Source: Octopus sinensis
Lineage: Eukaryota
Direction: 5' to 3'
DNA length: 64,000 bases
Assembly (NCBI RefSeq): GCF_006345805.1
Contig: NC_043003.1
Coordinates: 57,908,001 to 57,972,000, forward strand
The notes beneath the pieces are model-generated. The model had not been told where the DNA came from, ran no database searches, and was given only the letters and a program-made list of their open reading frames with translations. Both the position numbers and the translations under genes were made by a program. This document shows positions 12,934-24,982 of this stretch, piece by piece (position 1 is the first letter of the stretch; each line of letters starts with the position of its first letter).

Positions 12934-12967
12934 TATTGACAATATTTCTTCTCTTTTCTAGGTAAGT
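12934..12967 (+). promoter_or_regulatory. Candidate recursive (zero-length exon) splice site
   Basis: Branch-like TTGAC (A at 12939), 15 consecutive pyrimidines, then TAG|GTAAGT with AG at 12960-12961 and GT at 12962. Confidence 0.5.
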
Positions 12968-13206
12968 GCAACTTTATTGATAACCCACCAATCACTGCTC
13001 CCCTTTGATGCCATCATCTTTATTATTAATATTATTATTATTATTATTATTATTGTTATTGGCATTATTAATAATAATAATATTATCATCATCACAACAA
13101 TAGGTATGTATATCATTATTGTTTTTTTGTTAGTGTTGGGTTTTTCATTTTTGATTGTTTTTTTTTATTGATAATCTATTGATAGTTCCTTCTGTTTGCC
13201 ATTAAG

Positions 13207-13227
13207 AGAAAACATTATTTCTGGTAG

Positions 13228-13285
<58 letters not shown>

Positions 13286-13307
13286 TTATTACTATTATTA
13301 CTATTAC

Positions 13308-13359
<52 letters not shown>

Positions 13360-13404
13360 ATTATTATTAATTTATTACTATTATTACTATTATTATTATT
13401 ATTA

Positions 13405-13438
<34 letters not shown>
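13207..13438. repeat. Long (ATT)n microsatellite
   Basis: Directly visible. Confidence 0.95.
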
Positions 13439-14599
13439 AATGACAATTTTCCAGGCGAGTGATGGATGATAAGAACATTGCAGAGTTGTATGCGTGTGTG
13501 TGTGTGTGTATGTGTGTGTGTGTGTGTACAGTTATTGCAGCTGCCACTTATACATATATAATGTCTTTGTTTATATATATATATATACACACACACATAT
13601 GAACACATATACACATGCCAGTGTATGTGTGTACTTGTATAAATATCTATGTATGCAAAGTATGTTCTACAAATGTTTTGTATGTTGTAACTTATATAAA
13701 TACAATAAATATATATAAATATATGTTTTTTTTTTTTCAGAATATTTAATTCAGTTATATATTTATCATGTAAACTTACATCATTACACTAAATATTTTA
13801 ACAAGTTTTCTGTTATTTATCTGCTCAATTAGTTCTTCCTGTACTAGATATTCCTCTATTTGGAAAGTCATGAAAGTCATGAAAATGTTATACTCTACAA
13901 ATATGTGCCTCATATTATATATATATACAATATGATAGTAGCAAGCAGTGAGAATGTGTGCCCAATATTAACTGGATTATCTCCCTTCTTATGTGGAATG
14001 CTTGAAAAATTGTGAAACCTCACGTATGAAACCACTGGTAGCCAGATAAAGAATATGTGTGTGTGTGTCTATTATATCTATTGTGTGGCAAAATAAGCAG
14101 GATTACATATTCCATACCGAAAGGCTTTCTGCAAGCTTTCAGTTGACTGTACTAGTTATTGGATTATGAAGTAGCAGATAACAGCCAAATATTTTAAAAC
14201 AGCGTTCAGCACTGTCATGATGGTCACTCATGCAGTCTCTGCTGCCATGAGCCATTCATCATGTTGCATCAAGGTATAGGGTTGAAGTGTTTGTTGTGTG
14301 TTTTAAAGTAGTGGAGGATGAATTTGTTCTTGTGTCAGTCAGGTGAAATAAATTCCATAATTTGGGTTAAGAATTGGAGGAGTAGAGTAGTGAAAATGAT
14401 GTGAAATTTCTCTGTTGTTGTTTAGTTAATTCCAGTTTAGTTGATTCCAGGTCTGGGATCAAAGGTATTCCACCTGTGATTTTCAAATGCGGGGAAATCT
14501 CCTTAGAAGTAGTTGATTCTTTCTGTTACCTAAGTGACTGAATGAAGGGCAGAGCAAAAGTGGGAGAATAAATGTTGATTTTTCATTTCTTATCTTTTT

Positions 14600-14770
14600 G
14601 TTTTTTGGCTTGTTTTAGTCACAATGGCAGGACTGCCTTGTAGGATTGACTTGAACAATCAACTTCGTTACTTATGTTTTGAGTCTTGTGTTTATTTTAT
14701 TGGTCCCTGTTGCCAAACCCCTAAGTTATAGAAATGTAAACAAATCAACACTGGTTGCTAAGTGTTGAGA

Positions 14771-14811
<41 letters not shown>

Positions 14812-14963
14812 ACAACAAGCTTCCACACAGTTTCCATCTACCAAATTTACTTACAAGGCATTGGTCAACCTAGGGCTATAGTAGAAGACACTTGTCCAAG
14901 GTGCCATGCAGTGGGACTGAACCTAGGCCCATGTGGTTGGGAAGCAAATTTCTTACCACACAG
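14600..14963 (-). mobile_element. SINE family B
   Basis: ccctaagttata, (CA)n, ttccatctaccaaat, gtagaagacacttgtccaaggtgccatgcagtgggactgaacc. Confidence 0.8.
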
Positions 14964-14994
14964 GTACACCTGCACACACACACACACACACACA

Positions 14995-15045
<51 letters not shown>

Positions 15046-17022
15046 TATGCATATATGTGTATATGTGTGAGAACACCAGAGAAGGGAACAGTATCATGTC
15101 AGCCCTTTAAGACCTACCAAATAGCATGAGGGTCTTTCATCTTCCTTTCTGTCCTCCATCTCACCTTCCTCTCCTTCTTTCATCTCTACTCTCCTTCCTC
15201 CTCCCTGTCACCTACTCTGACCTCCCTAAAAACTATATTTAAAGAAAATCTTCATCCAATAAATAGTCTCCATTTACTATAAAAACATCGGAAACAATAA
15301 AATATTTGAAAGGGGATTTCCTCCTTCTCCTCCCCCTCATCCTCCCTTCTTGTCCAGTTTCTTTAATTATTTCTTTATTTAACTAACACTGACCACCACC
15401 ACCAATAACAACAACAACACTGCCAAACCACCACCATCAACACTGACACCACCACCACAAACACTACCAAGACTGCCACCATCACCTTCAATGCCAACAC
15501 CACAGCTAACATCTCCTAGATCAACAACAACACCACCACCACCAACATCACTACCATAGCTAACACTACCACCACCAAGAACAACCAGTTGTTTGAAGGG
15601 GTCACTGGTATAGCATAGGTATTCTACAAATAGTCAGAAGCAGAGATGAGCTCAGAGCTCAATTGGATATGAATTTCCAAAGATCTGATGTTTGGAAGAA
15701 GGTGGCTTGGAGGTGGGTGGAGTTCTTTTGACAAGCTTACAAAAGATTTTCAGTGAGAAGGGCTGCTTGCCTTTTCTTTCTTCATTTCCTATTTTTTTCA
15801 ATTTTTTTTTTTATCATTTCTTTTTTTGTTTTATTATCCTCATCTTCCTTTATTTACTATCCTATTATTCTAAACACATTCCATTTGATTGGTCCATCAT
15901 GTCTGCTCTCTGAAGTATGTTCCCTGCTTTAGTATCAAATTTACTTTATAATAATAACTGGCTGTAGTTATTCAAGCCAAAAGCAGCTTGCCGTCCAGTC
16001 TCTCTTATATAGCCATTCAAGTGGACATGTCAAACACACTGCCTTTCTGATACACACACGTGTGTGTGTGTGTGTGTGTGTATATGTACAAACCATCACA
16101 GAAGAGTACACAACATACACACACACACACACACACACACACGTGCACACAAATTAAAGATTGACAAGAATTCTGAAGTTTCAACAGCTCCTATGAAACT
16201 TCAAAGCCACTATCGTTGAAAATGATAATAAACATTAGTCTTTTTATATAATAGTGTGTATTTTATTCTATCAAGATTCATTGCTTTTTGTAGGCCTATA
16301 AAGGCACTCATTTTGTGTGTGTATATGTATATATATGTATATATATGTATATATATACATACACGCACACACACACACACACATGTGTGTATATAGAGGT
16401 AATATACTCACCTGCCAATTGATTTGTTCTGAGAATGTGTGTTCAAACTAAAACAATTGTAGCATGGAAGATATTGGATGATAGATATTAGTCATTCAGA
16501 TACTAAACATTTACTGTTTGGCATCAGAATTTTCATCATACTTGCTGCGACCATGTCACTGACACAGATGTATTGAGAGGTAAATATAGATATATTAATG
16601 TTTGTTTTTATGATGAGTTATAATAAAATAAAAACAGTTTTACATTAAACTGAAGGATTAGTCGATGCTTCCTGTAAAATCCATAGTATTCTTGAACGAT
16701 ATTCCTGTGAAAATAGAATAAATATAGACAGGTAGATTGCTTAGTTAGGATTAAAGGTAATGGCTGTAGCCTTTCTCTGCACCTTGAAGACTAGTGGAAG
16801 TGAAGGAGGGAAGAAGTCCTCCAACCTGGGGCCTGGTCCAGTGTATATGCTTCCAACAGCGTAGACTCTGATTCTGTTAAAAAAAACACCCTGGGACTAG
16901 GTGATGGTGTTAAATCAGACAATGAATGAATTAGAGAAAACACCAAGTGATGCCATCTGCATGAAAAATACAGTCCAGTTAAGGACATGTTTTGTGTTTG
17001 AAAGACAGTGATCACAATACAT

Positions 17023-17055
<33 letters not shown>

Positions 17056-17077
17056 TTGTTCTCCATGTAGTGAGTGT

Positions 17078-17140
17078 GGAGAATTCTTTCTCTGACGATG
17101 ATCTCAGAAGACTAGAAACTAGTCAGATTTTTTCCTCTCC
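17078..17140 (+). ncRNA. Candidate type I hammerhead ribozyme motif
   Basis: TCT-CTGACGA-[stem II]-GAAAC-TA-GTC-AGA. All conserved core nucleotides are present, stem III is palindromic (ACTAGT) and stem I has 3 bp. Confidence 0.5.
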
Positions 17141-17404
17141 TTCGAAAGAGAGAGAGGCGAGGAGGGAAAATGTGTGGTACAGCAGTTTTGTTTAGTTTTC
17201 ATAACATTAAAATTATGTTTATTTTAAAAGGGCTATATTTTTCATTTACAATTAATTATTAGGCAGAGCAGTCTTGCACTTTGTGCTTCCCAGGTGTTAC
17301 AATAAAGTTTATTGTTTTAAAACAAGTTTAGTAACAAAATAGAACATATACCGATGATGGAACTTAACCTAACTTAACCCATTAGGCTAGTCAGCTCCTG
17401 TTAA

Positions 17405-17452
17405 ACTGTCCGACCCATGCCAGCATGGAAAACGGACGTTAAATGATGATGA
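17405..17452 (+). mobile_element. Short RTE 3' terminus
   Basis: ccgacccatgccagcatggaaaacggacgttaaatgatgatg. Confidence 0.75.
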
Positions 17453-17587
17453 GGATAATATGTGTGTGTGTGTGTGTGCATCCACTATGAATGGTAAAGG
17501 CTGATGAAACACACCTATGTTCATATATGCACACATTTAAAACCATACAGCATGCATGTGCATGTTTATATATATGTGTATATATAT

Positions 17588-18030
17588 CATCATCATCATC
17601 ATCATCATTTAACGTCCGCTTTCCATGCTAGCATGGGTTGGACGGTTCAACTGGGGTCTGGGGAGCCCGAAAGCTGCACCAGTCCAGTCAGATCTGGCAG
17701 TGTTTCTACAGCTGGATGCCCTTCCTAACGCCAACCACTCCGAGAGTGTAGTGGGTGATTTTATGTGCCACCGACACAGGTGCCAGACGAGGCTGGCAAA
17801 CGGCCACGCTCGGATGGTGTTTTTTATGTGCCACCGACACAGGTGCCAGACGAGGCTGGCAGACGGCCACGATCGGATGGTGCTTGTTACGTGCCCACAG
17901 CACGGAGGCCAGTCGATGCGGTACTGGCTACGGCCACGTTCGGATGGTTTTATTGTGTGCCACGTGCCACCGGCACTGGTACCACAAAGATACAAATTCC
18001 ATTGATGTTCATCTATTTTGATTTGTTTTG
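17588..18030 (-). mobile_element. RTE-family 3'UTR retroposon with internal 63-bp tandem units
   Basis: (CAT)n-ttaacgtccgctttccatgc and ctggatgcccttcctaacgccaaccactcc. The same UTR is joined to RTE coding sequence at 21261-21821. Confidence 0.85.
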
Positions 18031-19010
18031 ATTTGATTTTATATATATATATATATATGATCTATGAGTATGTGTCTACGTATATATGCATACATATAAA
18101 ACTATACTACATGAATATGTGTGCATGTATGTATGTCTTTGTCCGTTTTTTTTTTTTCTGTTTTCCCACCTTTCAGTTTGTTTACCTAGCTGACTGTCTT
18201 ATTGGAAAATTTTCCAGCTAGGATTTGAAGGGTGCCTGCTAAACATCCTCTACCTCACTGTAGTTGTTGTTGTTGTTGTTAATCCTTGCAACTGGAGTTT
18301 TTATCATCATAATCATGATCATTATTATCATTATTCTTATTATTATTATTGCCATTCATCATCATCATCAATCTATTTGAAAGGACCACTCAGAATCTTT
18401 GTTAGTCATGTTCATGTTCATGAGAAAGGGCTGATTAAACTAACAGTGGTGTTGGTGGTGGTGGTTGTGGTGGTGGTGCCCGTGCTGGTGGTAGTGGTGC
18501 TGGTGGCAGTGGTGGTGGTCGTGGTTGAACTGGAATGTTTATTTTAAATAATTACCTCTTGACTATGTCAATATTGCAGCTATTGTCGCACCCAGAGGAG
18601 AGGTTTTCCTGTTGTTTATACATTTTTTCACAAGCTTAGAAATCCCTGGGCACTGTATACCCACTCCATCTCACCTACAACCCACCCATACTCCTTTAAT
18701 ACCTACCTACCTACCTTCAAGCCTCAGGTAGACATAGAGGCATGCACAGGTGGGTATTAGTGAATATAAGTGACAACTAGAATAGTTCGGTTGGTTATTT
18801 ATAAGATCACACCTTCAGTGCCTTATATATGTTGAACCTTATGTCCGTGCCATCCCCCCACCGTTATTTGTTTTGGTGGGGGAGGTGCGTATATGTGAGT
18901 GTGTGTGTATGTGTACATGTGTGTATGTAGCATATGTTGACCCTTACATCTGTGCCTCCACTATTGTTTGTGTGTTTGGAGGGGTGTATATATGTGTATG
19001 TATGTGTGTG

Positions 19011-19042
<32 letters not shown>

Positions 19043-19210
19043 CATGTGATTTTGTGTGTATATATATATATGTGTGTTTGTGTTGTGTATGTGTCTATGC
19101 ACTTGTGTGTGTGTGTAATTATGAATTTATGTATGTGCATGTATGTATGTATATAAATACACACACATACATGTGTGTTTATATATGTACACGTGTGTAG
19201 GTATAGATAT

Positions 19211-19244
<34 letters not shown>

Positions 19245-19258
19245 GGATGTGTGTATGC

Positions 19259-19321
<63 letters not shown>

Positions 19322-20292
19322 TACATATGCATGTATTCATAGATGTGTGTATGTGTGACTGACTTAACACATGTTAAAACAGAGTCAGTGTTCATTGGCT
19401 TTTGTATTCAGATGTCATCCAAGTAATTATTTCATTCAGCATATCTTTGTACAACATTGATCCCTTGTGTGAAGTGCGTGATTTAACATGAAAATGAAGC
19501 CCTTTCCATATACTTGCTTTTGTGCATGTGTGTGTATTTGCATGTGTATATACAGACATATAAGTGTGTATGTGTGTGTGTGCCTATATATATATATAGG
19601 CAATTGATGATGAACGACAAATGTAAATACAAAACAACAAAAGTCCATGGAATGTTCACAGCGAATATTATTAGTTTGATGCCTGAAGAAATTTCAGAGT
19701 AAAAATAAAATGTAGCAGATATATGTATTATAAGCATATGTATGTATAGAATTATGGTGTGTATACACATGCTTCTATATTTAATGGTTGCCTTCCAGAA
19801 ATACGTTATCTCCATCTTCCTATATTTGATGTTGATGTAAACCAACACTGGTTTTTGTTTGATAAATTCTTCATCATCTCTCTTCTCTGCCTGTTTGTAA
19901 ATTAACCATCAACCATTCTGTCTGTCATCAGTCACAATCACTAAGTTCTTACTTGAAGTCAGTCAAACCCTTGAAATAAATCATTTTGTTACTGGTTCTC
20001 ATCATCAGACAAATTTAGTTGATCTGTTCAATCTTGTTGGCACTTGTATAAAATTGATTTCTATTCTTTGATCCACTAAGTTCCATGATTTACACATCTT
20101 AATGTGTTTTAGCCACCACAACTAGGACCATACTGGAGCATTCATTAACAGAAGTAAATGTTGCTTGACGTTCTTGAAGCCAATGGTTGTTGGTGTTCTT
20201 TTAGTTCCAGTTATCGGTTAAAGCATTCCAATGATCAAACACATTCCAGCTACGATCATCTCATCTTTTTTTTTCTTTTATTCAACATTTAA

Positions 20293-20504
20293 CCCTTTCG
20301 TTACTGTATTTATTTTGAGATGCTCTGAATTTCTTTCAATTATTTTAAATATAACAAAGAATTTAGTAAAATAACTTACAGTTATCATTACGCTAGTGTT
20401 AGGAACATAACTTGTGACTAATGTTTAGAGGAAAATTTTAATTCAAAAATTATGAAAACAAAACATTTGTACTACAGAGCCAGATCTGGTTGGTAATGAA
20501 AGGG
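20293..20504. mobile_element. piggyBac-type MITE, family 2
   Basis: TTAA at 20289-20292 and 20505-20508. TIRs CCCTTTCGTTAC and GTAATGAAAGGG (12 bp, 1 mismatch). Confidence 0.85.
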
Positions 20505-20508
20505 TTAA

Positions 20509-20687
20509 ACCAGCCATATCAACCTGGCCAGATCCAGCCTCTCTCTCTCGCCTGTCCTACAATGTCATTCTAAAAATAAACAATCACATTCTCAAAATTT
20601 TGATGCTATGAGATAATACAAGATTAATTCAAAACAAAGTGGCTAAGTAAGCATTGCATTTGACAGTGCATTCTGTATAATAAAGGG
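20509..20687. mobile_element. MITE family 1 copy interrupted by the family 2 MITE
   Basis: accagccatatc...ctacaatgtcattctaaaaataaacaatcac...taaaggg followed by TTAA at 20688-20691. Confidence 0.75.
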
Positions 20688-20891
20688 TTAAGACATGGTG
20701 TACTCATCCATCAAAGACCAGATAATACATCATTAAATAGATTATATATCTTTTCTCCTTTTGAGGAATTATGTACATTATTCTACTGGACCCTCATAGC
20801 TATTTGATGTTTAAAAAATTCTATATTTGTAATTAAATATTATTATTTTGTGTATTGTAGAAGTATGACCAGTTTATTGCACATTTATCGC

Positions 20892-21088
20892 AGGCATGGC
20901 TGTGTTGTAAGAAGCTTGCTTCCCAACCACTCGGTTCCAGGTTCAGTCCCAGTGTGTGGCAAGAGTCTTCTACAATATAACCTTGGGCCTTGTGAGTGGA
21001 TTTGGTCGACAAAAACTGAAAGAAGCCCATTATATGTTTGTGTGTTTGTGTATGTATATATGTGTGTATGTACATATGTGTGTGCATG

Positions 21089-21137
<49 letters not shown>

Positions 21138-21260
21138 TTATGTGAGTGTCTTTGTGTCGTTGCTTGTCTCCCCAGCATTGCTTGACAACCAGTGTTGGTG
21201 TGTTTTCATCCCCATAAATTAACAGTTCCACAAAGAGATCAATAGAATAAGTACTAAGCT
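20892..21260 (+). mobile_element. SINE family B, 3'-truncated
   Basis: ggctgtgttgtaagaagcttgcttcccaaccac..gggttcagtccc head, internal (TA)n, ends at gaataagtactaagct. Confidence 0.85.
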
Positions 21261-21821
21261 CCAGTCTGATCTAGCAGTGTTTCTACAGCTAGATGCCCTT
21301 CCTAACGCCAACCACTCCGTGAGTGTAGTGGGTGCTTTTTACGTGCCACCAACATGGAAGCCAGCCAAGGCGGCACTGGCATCAGCCACGTTCGAATGGT
21401 GCTTTTTACATGCCACTGGCACGGGTATCACAACTACAATTTCCATTTGATTTTTATTTTGATGTTGATGTACTTGACACAATAGGCTTCCTGAAGCACA
21501 GCAGGTCGCCTTACGATCCAAGGTAAGCACAGCAGGCCGTCCTGCGATCCAAGGTGCTTTGAATGGGCTAAGACTGGTTGTGTGAAGCTGGTGTAGGATA
21601 CAGCCATGAACTCACTTTATTTGTCGGGTCTTCACAGTCACAGCATATCTCCAGAGGTCTCAGTCCTTCGTCATTGCTTCTGTGAGGCCCAATATTTGAC
21701 CACCTCATCCCATGTCTTCCTGGGTCTACTTCTACCCCGGATTCCTTCAACTGTTTGGGAGTGGCACTTCTTCACACATCTCTCCTCATCCATCCGTAGT
21801 ACATGACCATATGCATACAAA
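21261..21821 (-). pseudogene. RTE-clade LINE 3' end (lineage 2): ORF C-terminus plus 3'UTR
   Basis: Minus strand reads YGHVLRMDEERCVKKCHSQTVEGIRGRSRPRKTWDEVVK, then after a frameshift LGLTEAMTKD*DLWRYAVTVKTRQIK*, followed by the gttggcgttaggaagggcatc UTR. Confidence 0.9.
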
Positions 21822-22181
21822 TCTATATACATACATGCTTGCATATACATTGTAACTGCATTCTCATCCCTCTTGGATTGTTTTCTTTCTTTCACTTTCA
21901 CTCTCCGCTCTCTGTCTCACTACATTTCTCTCTATTTCTTTGCCATCTCTCTCTCTCTCTCTCTCACTCGCTCTGTTTTTTCTTACATTCTACATGACGA
22001 AGAGAGAAGTAGATGAGGAAAGACAGACAACTCAATAGTCGTTATCTATATATAGCATCTACCTAATTCCTTTTAGGTCAGTTATTCCGTATTGATGAGA
22101 GGTAGTGGCGAGGGGGAGAAATAATGTGTTCAAAAACTTTTTACCTTTTTTCTATCTTCATCGTCATCCAACATAATAATG

Positions 22182-22229
<48 letters not shown>

Positions 22230-22898
22230 GGAAGAACAATTTCTTCATTTTTTCTTTTTTGTTTTCTGCTTTTTAATAATAAATAGAGAAACACAAACAT
22301 GCATCAAAATATGAAATTAACCTTCCAAAAGATGCTCATCATCATCATCATCATCATTTTTGTTATTGTTGTTGTTATTGTTATTATTTATTATTATTAT
22401 TATTATTGTTGTTGTTATTATTTCTTAATTTCTACGAGTACTCAATAGGTGATTTAGAATTGGCAATAAGTTTGGCAGAGAGGTGTGCATGTGGTGATGA
22501 GGGTGGTGTGGGTGAGTGGTTGGAAGGAGAGAGAGAGAGAGAGAGAGAGAAAAGAGGATTTTTAAGCTGTTGTAGAAAACAAACAAAAAGAAACAACAGC
22601 AAAAAAAAAAATAGAACAAAAAATACAAACAAACGAACTAATAAACAAACAAACGATAATAATAATACAACAAAGTAAAATGTTGAAAGCCTGTCAATGA
22701 TATTTTGATGATAACTTGGATTCTTAAGCTTAGAAATGGTGTGTTGTTTGAAAAGTTTCCAGAAAACCTTCTCAAAGAGATCTTTTAGCATCTGTTACAG
22801 GAATTGATTTAGACATTTCATAATGAGATATACATTTGGCAGTATCGATTCCATCAGGTTCTTTTTTTTCTTTCTCCTTTTTTTTTTTTTTACTGTTG

Positions 22899-22929
<31 letters not shown>

Positions 22930-23596
22930 TGTTTCTGCATCATTTCTTCATATAATATTCCAGTTGTTTGGTTAAAAATTTCTGAAACTTTACTTAAACT
23001 GTCAGAAAATCAGAGAAAGTTGGGGTTTTTTTTTTTTTTTACCTTTTTCATTTTTTTTTTTAGCTTTTTCATTTTTTTTTTGCCAAAATTACAAGAAAAA
23101 TTTTTTTTTTATATTTAAAATTTTTCGGAATTTTTTTTTTTTATATGGCTTAGTTCAGGAGGAGGTGAAGAAGAAGGATGTGGAGAAGTAGCACCCTTGA
23201 CTTTTTAGTGAATCCTCCTCCTAAATTGGCTGGTGGGATCAATACGGTTGATTATGTCCAATACAAGAACATCTCATTAGTGAATATCTGAAAAGAGGAG
23301 AGGGAAATATGTGAGTAGGGATGGTCATCCTAGAAGAGGGAATGATTAGGTAAAGTAGCTACATGTTGTTGTTGTTGTTGTTGCTACTGCTTTTCTTGTT
23401 CTTGTTGTTTAGCTCCAGGTCAACTCTTATTAAGCAGAATTATCAACAGACACACATGTGGCAGTGTAGTAAGACGTTTACATCTCAACCTCATGCTCTG
23501 GGTTCAATCTCAATGCATGGCACCTTGGCAGGTATCTTCTATTACAGCCCCAGGCCAACCACATTTCTATCTATCTATCTCGCAAGAGTGATATAA

Positions 23597-23753
23597 GGTG
23601 CAGGAGTGGCTGTGTGGTAAGTAGCTTGCTTACCAACCACATGGTTCCGGGTTCAGTACAACTGTGTGGTACCTTGGGCAAGTATCTTCTTCTATATACT
23701 CAGGCTAACCAAAGCCTTGTGAGTGGATTTGGTAGACGGAAACTGAAAGAAAC

Positions 23754-23804
<51 letters not shown>

Positions 23805-23950
23805 ATGTTTGTGTGTCTATTTGTCCTCCCACCATCACCTGACAACTAATGTTGGTGTGTTTACGTCCCTGTAACTTAGCAGTTTGGCAAAGGAGAACGA
23901 TAGAATGAGTACTAAGCTTACAAAGAACAAGTTTTTGGGGTCAATTTGTA
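23597..23950 (+). mobile_element. SINE family B (a partial head copy precedes it at about 23455-23560)
   Basis: ggagtggctgtgtggtaagtagcttgcttaccaaccacatggttccgggttcag..gtggtaccttgggcaagt, with internal (TA)n(TG)n. Confidence 0.9.
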
Positions 23951-24109
23951 TGAATACAGTCAAGACTAAAACAATTAAAAAAATAGTGTGAGGGAGCCTT
24001 TTTAACCTTACCATTATGGGAACAAACTTTGTCTTGGGATAAAAGAATTCGTTTTTGCCACCATGTAGTTTTGCTCCAACCACAAGACTCCTTAGAAAAG
24101 TGTCTTTAA

Positions 24110-24235
24110 CCTTTTAGCATTCAGGTTATTCTGTCCAATGTGATTCTTATTTATTCATATTGTTTGAATTAATCATGAATTAATCTTGTAGCTTTAAGAT
24201 TTTCCTGATCTAATTGTTTATTCAGATCTGATTTC
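24110..24235. mobile_element. One-ended MITE family 1 fragment
   Basis: TTAA-CCTTTTAGCATTCAG, followed by the reverse complement of the family 1 right-end interior (tgtttgaattaatcatg). Confidence 0.55.
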
Positions 24236-24568
24236 CATACTGAATTTTTGCAATCTCTTAGAGTAACATAGGATTCCTGCTTTCTTCATCACTTCCCCTC
24301 ATTTATCTCAGAAGCTCTGTGAAAAGTTCCAGTTGTATTTTGCTTCTTCCAATTGTTATGGCACACACATAAATTAAAAGCAAACTTCTCTTTTCTTGCT
24401 ATCTTAGTGTATGTTGGTTGGATAGAGATGCAAACTGATATATTTTTCCTTAAATAGTTTCTAACACATTTTTACACAGCAAACAGCACACACACACACA
24501 CTCTCTCTCCATCTCCCTCTCTCCGGGAGAAAGACGGGACTGACAAAGAAAGATACACAAACACACAT

Positions 24569-24620
<52 letters not shown>

Positions 24621-24927
24621 GCACGCACGCATTTTCTGATTCATCATTGTAATCACTTGGCTTAAGAAGGCACTTAGTCTTATCAGTTTGTTGTCTTTTA
24701 TTCAGGAGTATTTCATTGAATTCTTCAAGTAAATGTATGAGAGGCCCCAATTTTGTTTTCGTAAACAGAACCCTTAACTGATAATGATCTGGGACAAGTT
24801 TGAAGAAATCCTTTGGGGAATTTCAAATAAATTTTATTTGGTATTGCTCTGTTAGCAAACACAACACAGTATGAAGGCAGTAACCAAAAATCTAGCCTCT
24901 TCAATTCAAGAGTCTGCTATTGAAAGC

Positions 24928-24982
<55 letters not shown>

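Noticed and set aside
13725-13800. Strong T-rich CAG acceptor at 13740
   Set aside because: Downstream sequence is extremely AT-rich with early stops and no convincing donor.
24620-24830. Minus-strand open frame DFFKLVPDHYQLRVLFTKTKLGPLIHLLEEFNEILL...
   Set aside because: About 65 codons with no recognisable motif and weak splice signals. This length is reachable by chance.
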